From contig CAVPSJ010000004.1 of assembly GCA_963708295.1 (NCBI GenBank), positions 544,001-608,000 of the forward strand: a DNA stretch of 64,000 bases. The letters run 5' to 3'. The position numbers and the translations under genes are program-made. This DNA comes from an uncultured delta proteobacterium. Its GTDB lineage: Bacteria; Desulfobacterota; BSN033; UBA1163. This document shows positions 38,628 to 48,504 of this stretch, one piece after another; position 1 is the first letter of the stretch; each line of letters opens with the position of its first letter. A model generated the notes under the pieces. The model saw nothing but the letters and a program-made list of their open reading frames with translations. It did no database searches and had not been told where the DNA came from.

Positions 38628-38738
38628 ATGAAGCTCTCCACCCACAGGGCGGGGGCTTCCCGAAAAGGAAGTTTCGTTCGTATTGTGCCCCTTGACCCCG
38701 CCTATCAGGCGGGGCTTGCGGGGCACGTCCCGGCCAAA
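38628..38738. mobile_element. IS200/IS605-type hairpin-ended miniature element within a heptamer repeat
   Basis: gaagctctccacccacagggcgggggcttc and gtgcccc..ccccgcctatcaggcgggg..ggggcac hairpins; flanks read caaatgtcaaagttcaaat / tgaataccaaatgactcaatgtcaaa. Confidence 0.55.
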
Positions 38739-38841
38739 TGAATACCAAATGACTCAATGTCAAATTTTTGAAAGCTGGAAATTAAGCTCCATTTGAAATA
38801 GAATCCCCTTCAGTTCATCGCTGCGTATGAGGTTTGCCATT

Positions 38842-40170
38842 TCACAGCTTTTGGATGGGTCCGTTTAAGAACTCCAGGGCACTGGCGGCGTAGATTTTCG
38901 CCGTAAGCTCAAGATCCTCGACAGAAACCCATTCGTCCTTCTGATGGGGAATCATCCATTTCCCGGCACCGATCGTCACAATCGGAATTCCCGCCCAGGC
39001 AGAGAGAAAGGTGCCGTCCGTCGCTCCCGGCACACCTCCGTAAGTCGGTTCCTTTCCCGTGACGGATTGGATCGCTTTCGAAACGGCCTGGACAATTCGT
39101 TCCTCCCGAGACGTCTTCGTCCAAGGCCGATCTTCAAACACATTAAGTTTTGACTGAAACGATATTCCTTTGGAAAGGCTCGTCTCAAGTGTCTCTCTGA
39201 TCTCTCTTAAAGGGCCGGAATCGAGACTGGCATTGACGGATTTCTCTTCCTCTTTGACAATTTCTTCCAACTGTTTCTTCAGGGCCTCATGAGGCTGACC
39301 CGGAACGGTCCGGATGTCAAGGAGCGCCCTGCACTGGGACGGGAGGACGTTAAGCTGCGGCTCTCCCTTCACAGGTGCCTGAAGCACAGTGGGTGTGATG
39401 CTGGGGTATCCTAGAAAGGCATCCTTTCCCAACCTTTCAATCTCCTCTTCCTCTAATAACCTCATTCTTTCCAGGATCGATATCATGGGAGGAATGGGAT
39501 TGAGACCGGTTAAAGGCATGGCCCCGTGGCTCATCTTTCCAACCGTGACCAATTCAGCCCGTAGGGCCCCTTTCTGCGTAATGCAGAGTTGATTGTCCAC
39601 GGGTTCGCAGATGATGGCCGCACTGACGCCGTTGGCCCATCCCTGACGGATAAAATGCTTTACCCCGCTCATCATCCCTTCTTCATCGACGAGGATCCCC
39701 AAAAGAATTCTGCCCTTGAAAGGAATGCCGGATTGACTGATCGCATGGACAGCCCTGACGGCAGCTGCCAGGTTTCCTTTGGTGTCACAGGCCCCTCTCC
39801 CGTAGATTCGATTCCCCGCGAATTTCCCTTCAAACGGGCCATATTTCCACTCGGAGGCATCGCCTTCGGTGACCACGTCGGTGTGACATTCAAACATCAG
39901 ACAGGGCCCGTCACTTTCACCTTGAAGGACAGCGATGACATTGGGAGAGCCCGGTTCCACTTCTTCGACCACCACGTCGAGCCCCATCTCCTCCAGAAAA
40001 TGGGAGAGGAAAAAGGCAACCTTCTCCTCATTGCCGCCTTCTTTCTGGCTTCTCACACTCGGAATTCGGATCAAATCCTGCGTGAGTTTGATCAACTCCT
40101 CTCTCTTAATCTCCCTCAACAATCGTTCAATCTTCAAGGGTCTCTCCTTTTCAATAATAAGAGGAATCAA
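38842..40170 (-). CDS. M20 family metallopeptidase/deacylase (ArgE/DapE-like)
   Basis: HTDVV, GRGACDTKG, VDEE, ICEP, GATDG, HQKDE. Confidence 0.92.
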   Translation of the reverse strand: MIPLIIEKERPLKIERLLREIKREELIKLTQDLIRIPSVRSQKEGGNEEKVAFFLSHFLEEMGLDVVVEEVEPGSPNVIAVLQGESDGPCLMFECHTDVVTEGDASEWKYGPFEGKFAGNRIYGRGACDTKGNLAAAVRAVHAISQSGIPFKGRILLGILVDEEGMMSGVKHFIRQGWANGVSAAIICEPVDNQLCITQKGALRAELVTVGKMSHGAMPLTGLNPIPPMISILERMRLLEEEEIERLGKDAFLGYPSITPTVLQAPVKGEPQLNVLPSQCRALLDIRTVPGQPHEALKKQLEEIVKEEEKSVNASLDSGPLREIRETLETSLSKGISFQSKLNVFEDRPWTKTSREERIVQAVSKAIQSVTGKEPTYGGVPGATDGTFLSAWAGIPIVTIGAGKWMIPHQKDEWVSVEDLELTAKIYAASALEFLNGPIQKL

Positions 40171-40340
40171 GGATTCTAGGGTTTATGGGTTCGAGGAATT
40201 CCCCCTCTTTGATATTCTTTTCCTGTCCTTGGACAAGCAAAGAGGGGTTCGGGGAGATTTTCAGAACAACTTATCTGCTCAGTTATGGACTCCTTAATAA
40301 CTTGGCCACGAGAATCCTATCCCCATCGAACCCTATGGCG

Positions 40341-41636
40341 TCAACCTGTACGAGTCGCTCGTATTTTTCCAAACGCTCGATCCAAGATCTGAACAGCCCG
40401 ATCAATATCCGCCTTCCCAATCGTTAACGGAGGGGTGATCCGGATGACATTTCCATAGAGACCGCCTTTTCCAATCAGGAGTCCCTGCTCCCTTGTGCTT
40501 TCGAAAATCTCCAAGACGGAATCCGGTGCGGGCTCCTTCTCCCCCTTTACGATCTCCATCCCTTGAATCAATCCCATCCCGCGAACCTCACCGATGATTT
40601 GATATTTTTCCTTCAGCTCGTTTAACCGATCTCTCAAATACAGACCCATCTTTTCGGCGTTCTGGGCGAGTTTTCTCTTCTCGATAGCCTCGATGGTAGC
40701 AAGGATAGCTGCCGCCGTAACCGGGTTCCCACCGAACGTGGAAAGGTGCGATCCCTTCAAAGAATCCCCCGCGTCCGGTGTTGCAATCGTGATACCCACC
40801 GGGGCACCGTTGGCTGCTCCTTTGGCCATTACCATGATGTCGGGCTCCACTTCCCAATGTTCGATCCCGAACATCTTTCCTCCTGTCCTTCCCCAGCCGG
40901 TTTGAACCTCATCACAGATAAAGAGCCCCCCATATTCTCTTACGATGGAAACGACTTCTCTGAAGTATTCTTTCGGCGGGGTGATGAATCCTCCGACTCC
41001 CTGAATGGGCTCCGCAATAAAGGCAGCGGGATGTCTGGAGGTCGTGGTCTCAATCAATTCTCTCACATCCTTCGCACAATCGAGATCGCAGTTTGGGTAT
41101 TCCTTTCCAAAGGCGCATCGAAAACAGTAGGCATTATGGGCGTGTTTGATACCGGGAACGAGACTTTCCAGTAGACGATAATTGCCGTGAGCTGTGATAT
41201 TCATCGTCAGGAGGGTTGCTCCGCTATAACCATGGCGAAGGGCGATGATCTCATGGCTTCCCGTATAAAGCTGTGCCAAAAGAATAGCCGTTTCGACGGC
41301 TTCCGATCCGCTACTCGTGAAGAAAGATTTCTGTAACTTGCCGGGGGTGATCTGGGCTAGCTTTTCAGCAAGAGAAACCACCGGAACATTGGGGTAGAGC
41401 GTCGAAGTATGCTGGAGCTTTTTTATCTGTTCACAAATCTTTGAAGTAACTTCATCGTCGCAGTGACCTAGACTAATGGTGACAATCCCTCCAAAAAAGT
41501 CGAGATATTCCTTCCCATCAATATCATAGACATACTTCCCCTTCCCACGGTCGAGAATGAGAGGTTCCTTATAATAAGTGGCCACACAAGGCACGAGGTA
41601 TTTCTTATGTTTCTCATAAATTTCATCCTTTTTCAT
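40341..41636 (-). CDS. Class III PLP-dependent aminotransferase
   Basis: YLDFFGG, SGSEAVE, AEPIQGVGG, DEVQTGWGRTG, MAKG. Confidence 0.93.
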   Translation of the reverse strand: MKKDEIYEKHKKYLVPCVATYYKEPLILDRGKGKYVYDIDGKEYLDFFGGIVTISLGHCDDEVTSKICEQIKKLQHTSTLYPNVPVVSLAEKLAQITPGKLQKSFFTSSGSEAVETAILLAQLYTGSHEIIALRHGYSGATLLTMNITAHGNYRLLESLVPGIKHAHNAYCFRCAFGKEYPNCDLDCAKDVRELIETTTSRHPAAFIAEPIQGVGGFITPPKEYFREVVSIVREYGGLFICDEVQTGWGRTGGKMFGIEHWEVEPDIMVMAKGAANGAPVGITIATPDAGDSLKGSHLSTFGGNPVTAAAILATIEAIEKRKLAQNAEKMGLYLRDRLNELKEKYQIIGEVRGMGLIQGMEIVKGEKEPAPDSVLEIFESTREQGLLIGKGGLYGNVIRITPPLTIGKADIDRAVQILDRAFGKIRATRTG

Positions 41637-41818
41637 CGAGATTTCCTCCGATCATAATGGGTGCGCCCTCATTTATCGGGCGCGATATGAGAATCGTTCC
41701 GGTTACCATCGGAACGCTATTCTAATAGGAAAATTAATGGAAATTATATCCGATGCCTTGGGATTAATAAAGGGTTTCCGGGTGGGACAATTAGAAGATT
41801 TGGCAAAAAATATCCTTT

Positions 41819-42096
41819 CAGGTCGATCAAAAAATGTCCAGATGCAAGTCGAGTCTGCGAAATCCCGTTTACGGGGGCGCCCGCAAGCCTTTCACCTGCC
41901 GTTCAGGCAGGCAATCCTTTGTAGGGAACGGTTTCAAACCGTTCCCTACGACGTACGCCGCAACAAGCCTGCCCCGTGCTTAACACGGGGAAAGATGAGG
42001 GGTGCCGTTGCGACGAATAAGGAGCAACTCTTGGCACGCCCGCGAGACGGTGAGGGGGCCGGACAACGCCGCGGGTGGGCATTTTTCATCGACCTG
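41819..42096. mobile_element. MITE-like element carrying three internal palindromes
   Basis: TIRs CAGGTCGATCAAAAATGTCCA / TGGGCATTTTTCATCGACCTG; internal cctgccgttcaggcagg, gtagggaacggtttcaaaccgttccctac, ccccgtgcttaacacgggg. Confidence 0.75.
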
Positions 42097-42888
42097 TCAG
42101 AGGACAGCGAGTTCTTCATTAAGCAGATCGGAGATAAACATGTGGCCGGGTACGTGGGTAATACACAGGTCAGGCTTGGTTTTCATCACGACAGCTTGCG
42201 GTGTTACACCGCAGGCCCAGAATACCGGGACCTCTCTCTTTTTGATGGATACGGGGTCTCCGAAATCAGGTTTTCTGAGATCTTTAATTCCAATCGTTGA
42301 GGGATCACCGATGTGAACGGGTGCGCCATGCACCGATGCATAGCGCGAAGTGACTTGAACAGCCTGCGTCACTTTGTCTGAAGGAATGGGCCTCATTGTA
42401 ACGACCAGCGGCCCATGAAAGACCCCCGCAGGTTTGCAAGGAACCGAGGTGATGAACATCGGGACATTTTTATTTTCTTCGATATGGCGGACTGGAATAC
42501 CGGCCCGAAGCATTGCTTCTTCAAAGGAAAAGCTACAGCCCAGGAGAAAGCTGACAAAGTCAGATTTCCAAAAACTCGTAATCTTCATGACGGTTTTAAG
42601 GAGTTTCCCTTTTTGGTAAATGTGATAACGGGGAATATCCGTTCGGATATCGGCATCCAAGGACAAAAACCTCGTCCTGAATTCTCCTGGCTCTAAAACT
42701 TCGAGCAGCGGGCAGGGTTTCGGATTTCTCTGACAGAAGAGAAGGAAGTCAAAGGCATATTTCTGCGGGAGGATGACCAGGTTGGCCTGAGCATACCCCA
42801 TGGCCAGGCCGGCGGTGGGTTTATCCCATTTCCCCTTCCGGATAAGATTGCGTATTTGTCTGGGAGCGAGGTGTTCGATGTTTTTCAT
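42097..42888 (-). CDS. DUF1445 putative hydro-lyase / D-glutamate cyclase (YcsI-like)
   Basis: QANLVIL, FCQRNPKPCPLL, DIRTD.PRY, GCSFSFE, FWACGVTPQ, TH.PGHM. Confidence 0.9.
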   Translation of the reverse strand: MKNIEHLAPRQIRNLIRKGKWDKPTAGLAMGYAQANLVILPQKYAFDFLLFCQRNPKPCPLLEVLEPGEFRTRFLSLDADIRTDIPRYHIYQKGKLLKTVMKITSFWKSDFVSFLLGCSFSFEEAMLRAGIPVRHIEENKNVPMFITSVPCKPAGVFHGPLVVTMRPIPSDKVTQAVQVTSRYASVHGAPVHIGDPSTIGIKDLRKPDFGDPVSIKKREVPVFWACGVTPQAVVMKTKPDLCITHVPGHMFISDLLNEELAVL

Positions 42889-43018
42889 GATCGTTCGGTT
42901 TTTTTCTAGGTTGCCTCCCTTTACCTCTCTCTATCCCCCCTTAAGTTAAGGGGGGATGAAGGGGAGTTAGGGGAGACGCTACCCACATGAATGCCGGAAG
43001 AGGCTTTTCGCAAAATCA

Positions 43019-43507
43019 TCAGAGCACAAGCTCGAACTTCTGCTCCGTGACGGCTTTTCCCCACTGCTCACCTTCGTGTTCCTCGCAGAGTTTGAATCCA
43101 AATTTCTCATAAAGATGACGAGCTGGATCAAGGCCTGCAAAGGTCCAAAGATAGATTCGGCGATACTTATTCTTTCGGCAAAATTCGACGGCTTCCCTCA
43201 GCAGCCTGTTTCCAATGCCATGCCCTTGGATCTCGGGGGCCAGGATGAACCATCTCAAGTGGGCGCCCTGGCCATCGTGATGGATTCCATCGATGGCAAT
43301 GGAGCCTACAATCTTATTTTCAACACTTGCTACCCAAAACCCATCGCGGGCTTCATTAAAACGCCGCAGAAACTCTGAAAGCTCGATGGCCACCTTCGAT
43401 TCGAAAAAAAGGTGAAACCCCCAGTGTTTGTAGTAATACGTACCATGCAGTTCAGCAACTCGACCGATGGCACCCGGGATATAACCGGATAATCTCACAT
43501 CGCCCAT
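43019..43507 (-). CDS. GNAT family acetyltransferase
   Basis: AHLRWF, QGHGIG, ARHLYEKFGF. Confidence 0.9.
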   Translation of the reverse strand: MGDVRLSGYIPGAIGRVAELHGTYYYKHWGFHLFFESKVAIELSEFLRRFNEARDGFWVASVENKIVGSIAIDGIHHDGQGAHLRWFILAPEIQGHGIGNRLLREAVEFCRKNKYRRIYLWTFAGLDPARHLYEKFGFKLCEEHEGEQWGKAVTEQKFELVL

Positions 43508-43894
43508 AGCGTTTAAGAAATACCCTCATTTGATTTTTGAATGGGGTAGTTGTTACCTATCATATAATGAACTATTTTTCAAAACAATCTCATTTTAACA
43601 AAGGCCGCAGAATTCTGATAGAATCGGATGTCTTCCTAGCCCCTTACCATATTGTCCTCGCTCGCTTCCTTTCTGTAGTCCGCATCTGGGCATTTTATCA
43701 AAGTATCCATGATTTCAATTCCTAATCATTGGTGCTGTCTTAATAAGAAAGTGTTGTTAAATGTTTCACACTGGTTGATTTTTTAGGAAAGAATAAGCAA
43801 ATTTTTAAAAGAGGGTTTAATAAGAAATCAAGTCGCCCTTTTGAGCGGTATGCTCTTGGAAGAATGAAGACCCTTTCCTGAAAGGAGTGGAGGA

Positions 43895-44083
43895 ATGAAT
43901 GAGAAGAGTAGTTTTCCTTACCGCAAGTATGATCGGAAGTACAATCCCAATATCGTCAAGCAAATCATACACGATAGCGAATCGATTGAGCTGATGAAAG
44001 GAATGCTTATCCAGGAGGGGAGAGTCTGTCCCTTTTGTCGTCGCAAATTGAAGGAAGAATCTCAGGTAAAGGAAATCCGGTAA
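43895..44083 (+). CDS. Small hypothetical protein with CPFC motif
   Basis: GGAGG RBS; 62 aa. Confidence 0.55.
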   Translation: MNEKSSFPYRKYDRKYNPNIVKQIIHDSESIELMKGMLIQEGRVCPFCRRKLKEESQVKEIR

Positions 44084-44354
44084 GAGGTGAGGACGAAAGG
44101 AGATGATTCACGACAAAGAGCCGCTAAACCCTTCGCTTTTTCGTTATTCTCACTTTCAACCCGTAATCTTTAACTCCTGAGTATGGCTCTCAGCAATGAG
44201 CTGTAGCCGTGACAACCAGCCCACTTCTTTGACTCTTTCCTTCTGAAAGTCTCGGTTGACCAATTTTTATAAATTAGATATATTTCAATCAAGAACCAGC
44301 AGGGTGGCGGCGGGTGGCTCAGTGTTCACAGAGAAAAGGGAAGGGTAAGAACAT

Positions 44355-44690
44355 ATGAAAGGTTTATATCCGCCGAAGGTCCAAAAGGCAGTCGACGCAC
44401 TGTTGACCAGCCCCGCTGTCTGCACGCCAATACTTCGCCAGGCGGTCGAGGCATATTCAGCAAGGCTCTGGGGTGGCAATAGAGAGGCCCAGGAAATACC
44501 GGCCGACCTAGTGGATTACGTCAGTAAAGTGGCCTTGTACGCCTACAAGACAACGGACGAGGATATTCAGCGACTCAAGGAAGCCGGATACTCCGAGGAC
44601 GCGATCTTTGAAATTACTTTATGTGCCAGCATGGGGGCAGGCCTCGCCCGTCTAGAGCATGGTCTCACGGCTTTGAAAGGAGGCCGGTAG
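44355..44690 (+). CDS. AhpD/CMD-fold protein without redox CxxC
   Basis: YVSKVALYAYKTTDEDIQRLKEAGYSEDAIFEIT. Confidence 0.7.
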   Translation: MKGLYPPKVQKAVDALLTSPAVCTPILRQAVEAYSARLWGGNREAQEIPADLVDYVSKVALYAYKTTDEDIQRLKEAGYSEDAIFEITLCASMGAGLARLEHGLTALKGGR

Positions 44691-45292
44691 TGCGTCTGCG
44701 AATTCTTGAGAAAGGGTTCAGACCGCTGCAGGAGGCCATCCTGTATATTCTTAGGGCCGTCTCAGGCGGAAAAGTGCCCGGGCCTATCCTGGTCTTATCC
44801 TATCACCGCGAGTTATGCGGCAGATACCTTGCCCCCTGCTATCAGGAAGGGATGCGTAAAGCGACCGAGTGGTCTTTGGGAGAAGCGGAGCTCTTTGCCG
44901 CCTTTGTATCTAAGCTCAATGAGTGCACGTATTGAATGAATGCCCACGCCGCAGTTGCGGTTCTCGGCACGGGCGATGATGAATTGGTGGCGGCGGTCTT
45001 GGAGAACTGGCGAACGGCTCCAGTCAATGAAAAGCTGCGGAGGACACTAGGCTTCTTGGAGAAACTGACCGTTTCACCGAGTGAAGTGAGCCCGGAGGAT
45101 ATCGAATCCGTGCGGTCTGTGGGGGTGAGTGACAAGGCCATCGAAGAGGTGATATATGTCTGCTTTCTGTTTAGCGTGATGGACCGCCTCGCGGATGCGT
45201 TTGGATTCGATATGCCTTCAGCAAAGGACTTTCAACGAGGTGGGCGCGTGCTTTATTCCTTCGGTTACGGGGCGCTTAGTATCCCTGGTTGA
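44690..45292 (+). CDS. AhpD/CMD-like peroxidase, probable selenoprotein (CxxU, TGA at 44933-44935)
   Basis: EAELFAAFVSKLNECTY-TGA-MNAH in one frame; hairpin CCGC-AGTT-GCGG 14-25 nt after TGA; continues EKLT..P..V..EDI. Confidence 0.8.
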
Positions 45293-45697
45293 AGACTGGC
45301 CGTTATCCTCTCCTCCAATCAAAAATCGACGGCCCTAGCGTAGACTGATCTCCAAACTTTGTAGGTTGAAGAGACAGCCCCTTTCTTAACTCTTTCTTCC
45401 AGTGATCGATGGGTGGTCATTATCTTCTGACTTCAAGTTCGGATGTCTTTCAAATCCAAACCTTTGGCTGGTGCGGATGGGAGCAACATATCCGCGCATC
45501 TAGCGCTTCCGATAGATTGAGCTTTTCCATATGAACGTCTTTCTCCTGAAAAAGTGGTTTCTGAATTTCCACCCTGTAACGCGATTCTTGAACAATGAAC
45601 AAGGTACGGAGGATTGAAAACTCGGTCTTCACAGGATAAAATGAAAAAGATCTCGCAAAATGAACTATCGTCACCTTTGACTTCAAGACCGAATAAT

Positions 45698-45778
45698 AGG
45701 CATCTGAGGTCAAAGATGGGCTCCGCGTCGAAGTTAATCAAAAACGTCTATGGTGTGGGGTACAAGCTGGAAAAATGA
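45698..45778 (+). pseudogene. C-terminal remnant of an OmpR/PhoB response regulator
   Basis: RHLRSKMGSASKLIKNVYGVGYKLEK*, stop overlapping the phoR ATG. Confidence 0.7.
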
Positions 45779-47514
45779 AAAGGTCCTTTTTTAGTAAGAT
45801 CTTCATCGGCTATCTTCTTATTATTTTCGCTCTATCGTCCCTGGTCCTTGTCCTGTCCTTGAATACAATACGAGAGTTCTACCGGGACACGCTTACAGAC
45901 CACTTGAAGACTCTTGCCTATACGCTGAACTCAGAGGTGGAACATTTGCTAGACACGGGTCGTGCTAACCAACTTGATGGATTTATAAAAACCTTAGGAA
46001 ATAAAATTCACACACGTGTTACTGTCATCGCCATGGATGGTAAAGTCCTGGCAGATTCTGAAGAAAATATCCAATCGATGGAAAATCATAGCCACAGGCC
46101 TGAAGTGGTCGAAGCGCTTCAAGGCAAAACAGGCAAGTCGATTCGCTTCAGCAGCACGACCGACGGAGACAGGCTCTATGTCGCGGTTCCAATCGAAAAG
46201 GATGGGAAAATTATTGGAGTCATTCGAACGAGCCTTTTCCTAAGGGACATCGACAACCTGCTCACCAAGCTCAACTATCATGTGGCCGGGATCAGCCTGG
46301 GTATTGTCTTTATTGCACTCATCGGGGCATTCCTCATTTCAAACAGTGTTGTACGACCGATCAAAAATCTGACATGGGCAGCCAGGAAGGTCGCTTCAGG
46401 AGACTTCAGTGTGCGTGTTTTTCTGAAGACCAAGGACGAATTGAGGGTACTGGCTGACAGTTTCAACCTCATGAATGAGGAAATGGAAAAAATGTTTTCG
46501 GAGCTCGGCCAACAGAAAGAAGAACTGAAGAGCATTATTGACTCTCTCCAGGAAGGCCTCCTCGTTTTGGACAAGCAGGGCAAGGTCATCCGTAGTAACG
46601 AGAGCTTCCGGAAGATCATAGGGAACCAGGCCGCGGAAGGGAAGTTTTACTGGGAGATCATGAGAAATCCTAGATTCCCAGAATTGATGGAAAAAGCAGG
46701 CCTGGAGAAAAAGAAATTCACGGAGGATCTCATATTGGCAGATAGAGTCTTCATGTGCAGTGTTACTCCTCTTGAGGGAGGAGAAGGTGTCGTCTCCATT
46801 TTCCACGACATTACCGAGATCAAAAATGTGGAAAAGATCAAGAAGGACTTTGTGATCAATGTTTCCCATGAACTGCGAACCCCTCTGGCCGCCATCAAGG
46901 GCTACACTGAGACGCTACGCGATGAGGCCGACGCTGGGCCAAGCAAAAAATATGTTGAGATCATCGAGAGGAACACCGACAGGCTCATCAATATTGTCAA
47001 CGATCTTCTGCTGCTTTCCAGCCTGGAAGAAAAACCCGCCCTTGAACTGGAGGATATCGATTTAGAAGATTTTCTTGAGGATGTCATAAAAATATTCGAC
47101 CGGAGGCTGAAGGACAAGGAACTTTCCTTGGTATTGCATGTGAACGAGAATCTGCCAACAATTAAAGCTGATCTCTTCAAGTTAGAGCAAATGTTGATAA
47201 ACCTTCTCGATAATGCAGTGAAGTATACCGATCGCGGAAAAATCACCGTATCCCTGGATGTTCAGGATAAAAGAGTACGCATCCGGGTGGCGGATACGGG
47301 CATCGGGATACCCAAAGATGATATTCCTCGCATCTTCGAACGATTTTATGTGGTCGACAAGTCGCGATCGAGAAAGTATGGCGGCACGGGGCTCGGCCTT
47401 TCCATCGTGAAACATATCGTGCTCCTTCATCATGGAGCAATCGATATCGAAAGCGATCTCGGCAAGGGTACCAAAGTGACTGTTACCATCCCTACCCATC
47501 TATCTGCATCGTGA
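45775..47514 (+). CDS. phoR: Phosphate regulon sensor histidine kinase (Cache-like, HAMP, PAS, HisKA, HATPase)
   Basis: MENHSHRPEV, NVSHELRTPL, NLLDNAVKY, FERFY.VDKSRSR..GGTGLGL; pst context. Confidence 0.88.
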   Translation: MKRSFFSKIFIGYLLIIFALSSLVLVLSLNTIREFYRDTLTDHLKTLAYTLNSEVEHLLDTGRANQLDGFIKTLGNKIHTRVTVIAMDGKVLADSEENIQSMENHSHRPEVVEALQGKTGKSIRFSSTTDGDRLYVAVPIEKDGKIIGVIRTSLFLRDIDNLLTKLNYHVAGISLGIVFIALIGAFLISNSVVRPIKNLTWAARKVASGDFSVRVFLKTKDELRVLADSFNLMNEEMEKMFSELGQQKEELKSIIDSLQEGLLVLDKQGKVIRSNESFRKIIGNQAAEGKFYWEIMRNPRFPELMEKAGLEKKKFTEDLILADRVFMCSVTPLEGGEGVVSIFHDITEIKNVEKIKKDFVINVSHELRTPLAAIKGYTETLRDEADAGPSKKYVEIIERNTDRLINIVNDLLLLSSLEEKPALELEDIDLEDFLEDVIKIFDRRLKDKELSLVLHVNENLPTIKADLFKLEQMLINLLDNAVKYTDRGKITVSLDVQDKRVRIRVADTGIGIPKDDIPRIFERFYVVDKSRSRKYGGTGLGLSIVKHIVLLHHGAIDIESDLGKGTKVTVTIPTHLSAS

Positions 47515-47583
47515 CATCGTCTTTGTTTCCTCGTTCCTGCCTGGACCAACGTGCCCTGATAATGTGCCCTCAACATTTTAGAA

Positions 47584-47611
47584 TTGACAATGGATTAACA
47601 AATTATTAATC
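47584..47611 (+). promoter_or_regulatory. Pho box-like direct repeats upstream of phoB
   Basis: TTGACA (47584), TTAACA (47595), TTAATC (47606) at 11-bp period. Confidence 0.6.
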
Positions 47612-47667
47612 TTAATTGGATTATCAAAGGATATGATTAGTTTTATTATTCAAATGTTTAACAGGAG

Positions 47668-48363
47668 GTGTTGCCAATAGAAAGTATACTGGTTGTAGAG
47701 GACGAAAAGGACATTGTTGATCTGATAGAGTATCACCTTAAGCAGTCCGGCTTTTCTGTGATCACCGCTCTGGATGGTCCCACGGGGTTGGAACGGGCTA
47801 GAAAGGAACACCCAAGCCTCATTATTCTGGATTTAATGCTTCCAGAAATAGACGGGAAGGATATCTGCAGAGCCCTCAAATCCAACCCATTAACCCAATC
47901 AATTCCTGTCCTCATGCTGACCGCAAAGGCAGAAGAGGTGGACCGTATTGTCGGGTTCGAATTAGGTGCGGAAGATTACGTAACAAAACCCTTCAGCCCC
48001 AAAGAACTGGTTCTGAGGGTGAAGGCCATCCTGCGGAGGAAAGAAGTCCCGCAAGAGGGCGAGAAAACAATTCAGATTGGTGATCTCTTGATTGATATCG
48101 ATCGGCATCACGTCTCCGTTAAGAAGAGTCCTGTCCGATTGACCTCGACGGAATTCAAACTCCTGGTTGAGCTCGCTTCAAAAAAGGGACGAGTCCTAAC
48201 CCGTGAGCACCTTCTCGATAAAGTCTGGGGTTATACCTACGAAGGATATGCCAGGACAGTAGACACCCATATTCGGCGATTGAGGGAAAAACTCGGAAGT
48301 TTGGGCGAATATATAGAAACGCTCAGAGGAGTAGGATACCGATTCCGAGCAGAAAACGAATGA
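47668..48363 (+). CDS. phoB: OmpR-family response regulator, PhoB-like
   Basis: VEDE, LDLMLP, DYVTKPFS, RTVDTHIRRLREKL, TLRGVGY. Confidence 0.85.
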   Translation: MLPIESILVVEDEKDIVDLIEYHLKQSGFSVITALDGPTGLERARKEHPSLIILDLMLPEIDGKDICRALKSNPLTQSIPVLMLTAKAEEVDRIVGFELGAEDYVTKPFSPKELVLRVKAILRRKEVPQEGEKTIQIGDLLIDIDRHHVSVKKSPVRLTSTEFKLLVELASKKGRVLTREHLLDKVWGYTYEGYARTVDTHIRRLREKLGSLGEYIETLRGVGYRFRAENE

Positions 48364-48504
48364 AATTGTTTTGTGTTTAACCCTCCCTTCCCTTTGGCAC
48401 CAAAATCTTTCCTTTCCTCCTTGGCTCACACCTCTTTTGACTTTTTATGCAAATTTCACTTGTTTGACATCTTTCTGTAACATTTGAAAGTTAATCTATA
48501 GTTG

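Noticed and set aside
41737-42316. 187 aa and 104 aa plus-strand ORFs
   Set aside because: They span a MITE and the antisense strand of the DUF1445 gene, with no protein motifs
48454-48482. Pho box upstream of the PHP kinase
   Set aside because: TTGACA and GTAACA are 13 bp apart rather than 11; suggestive only
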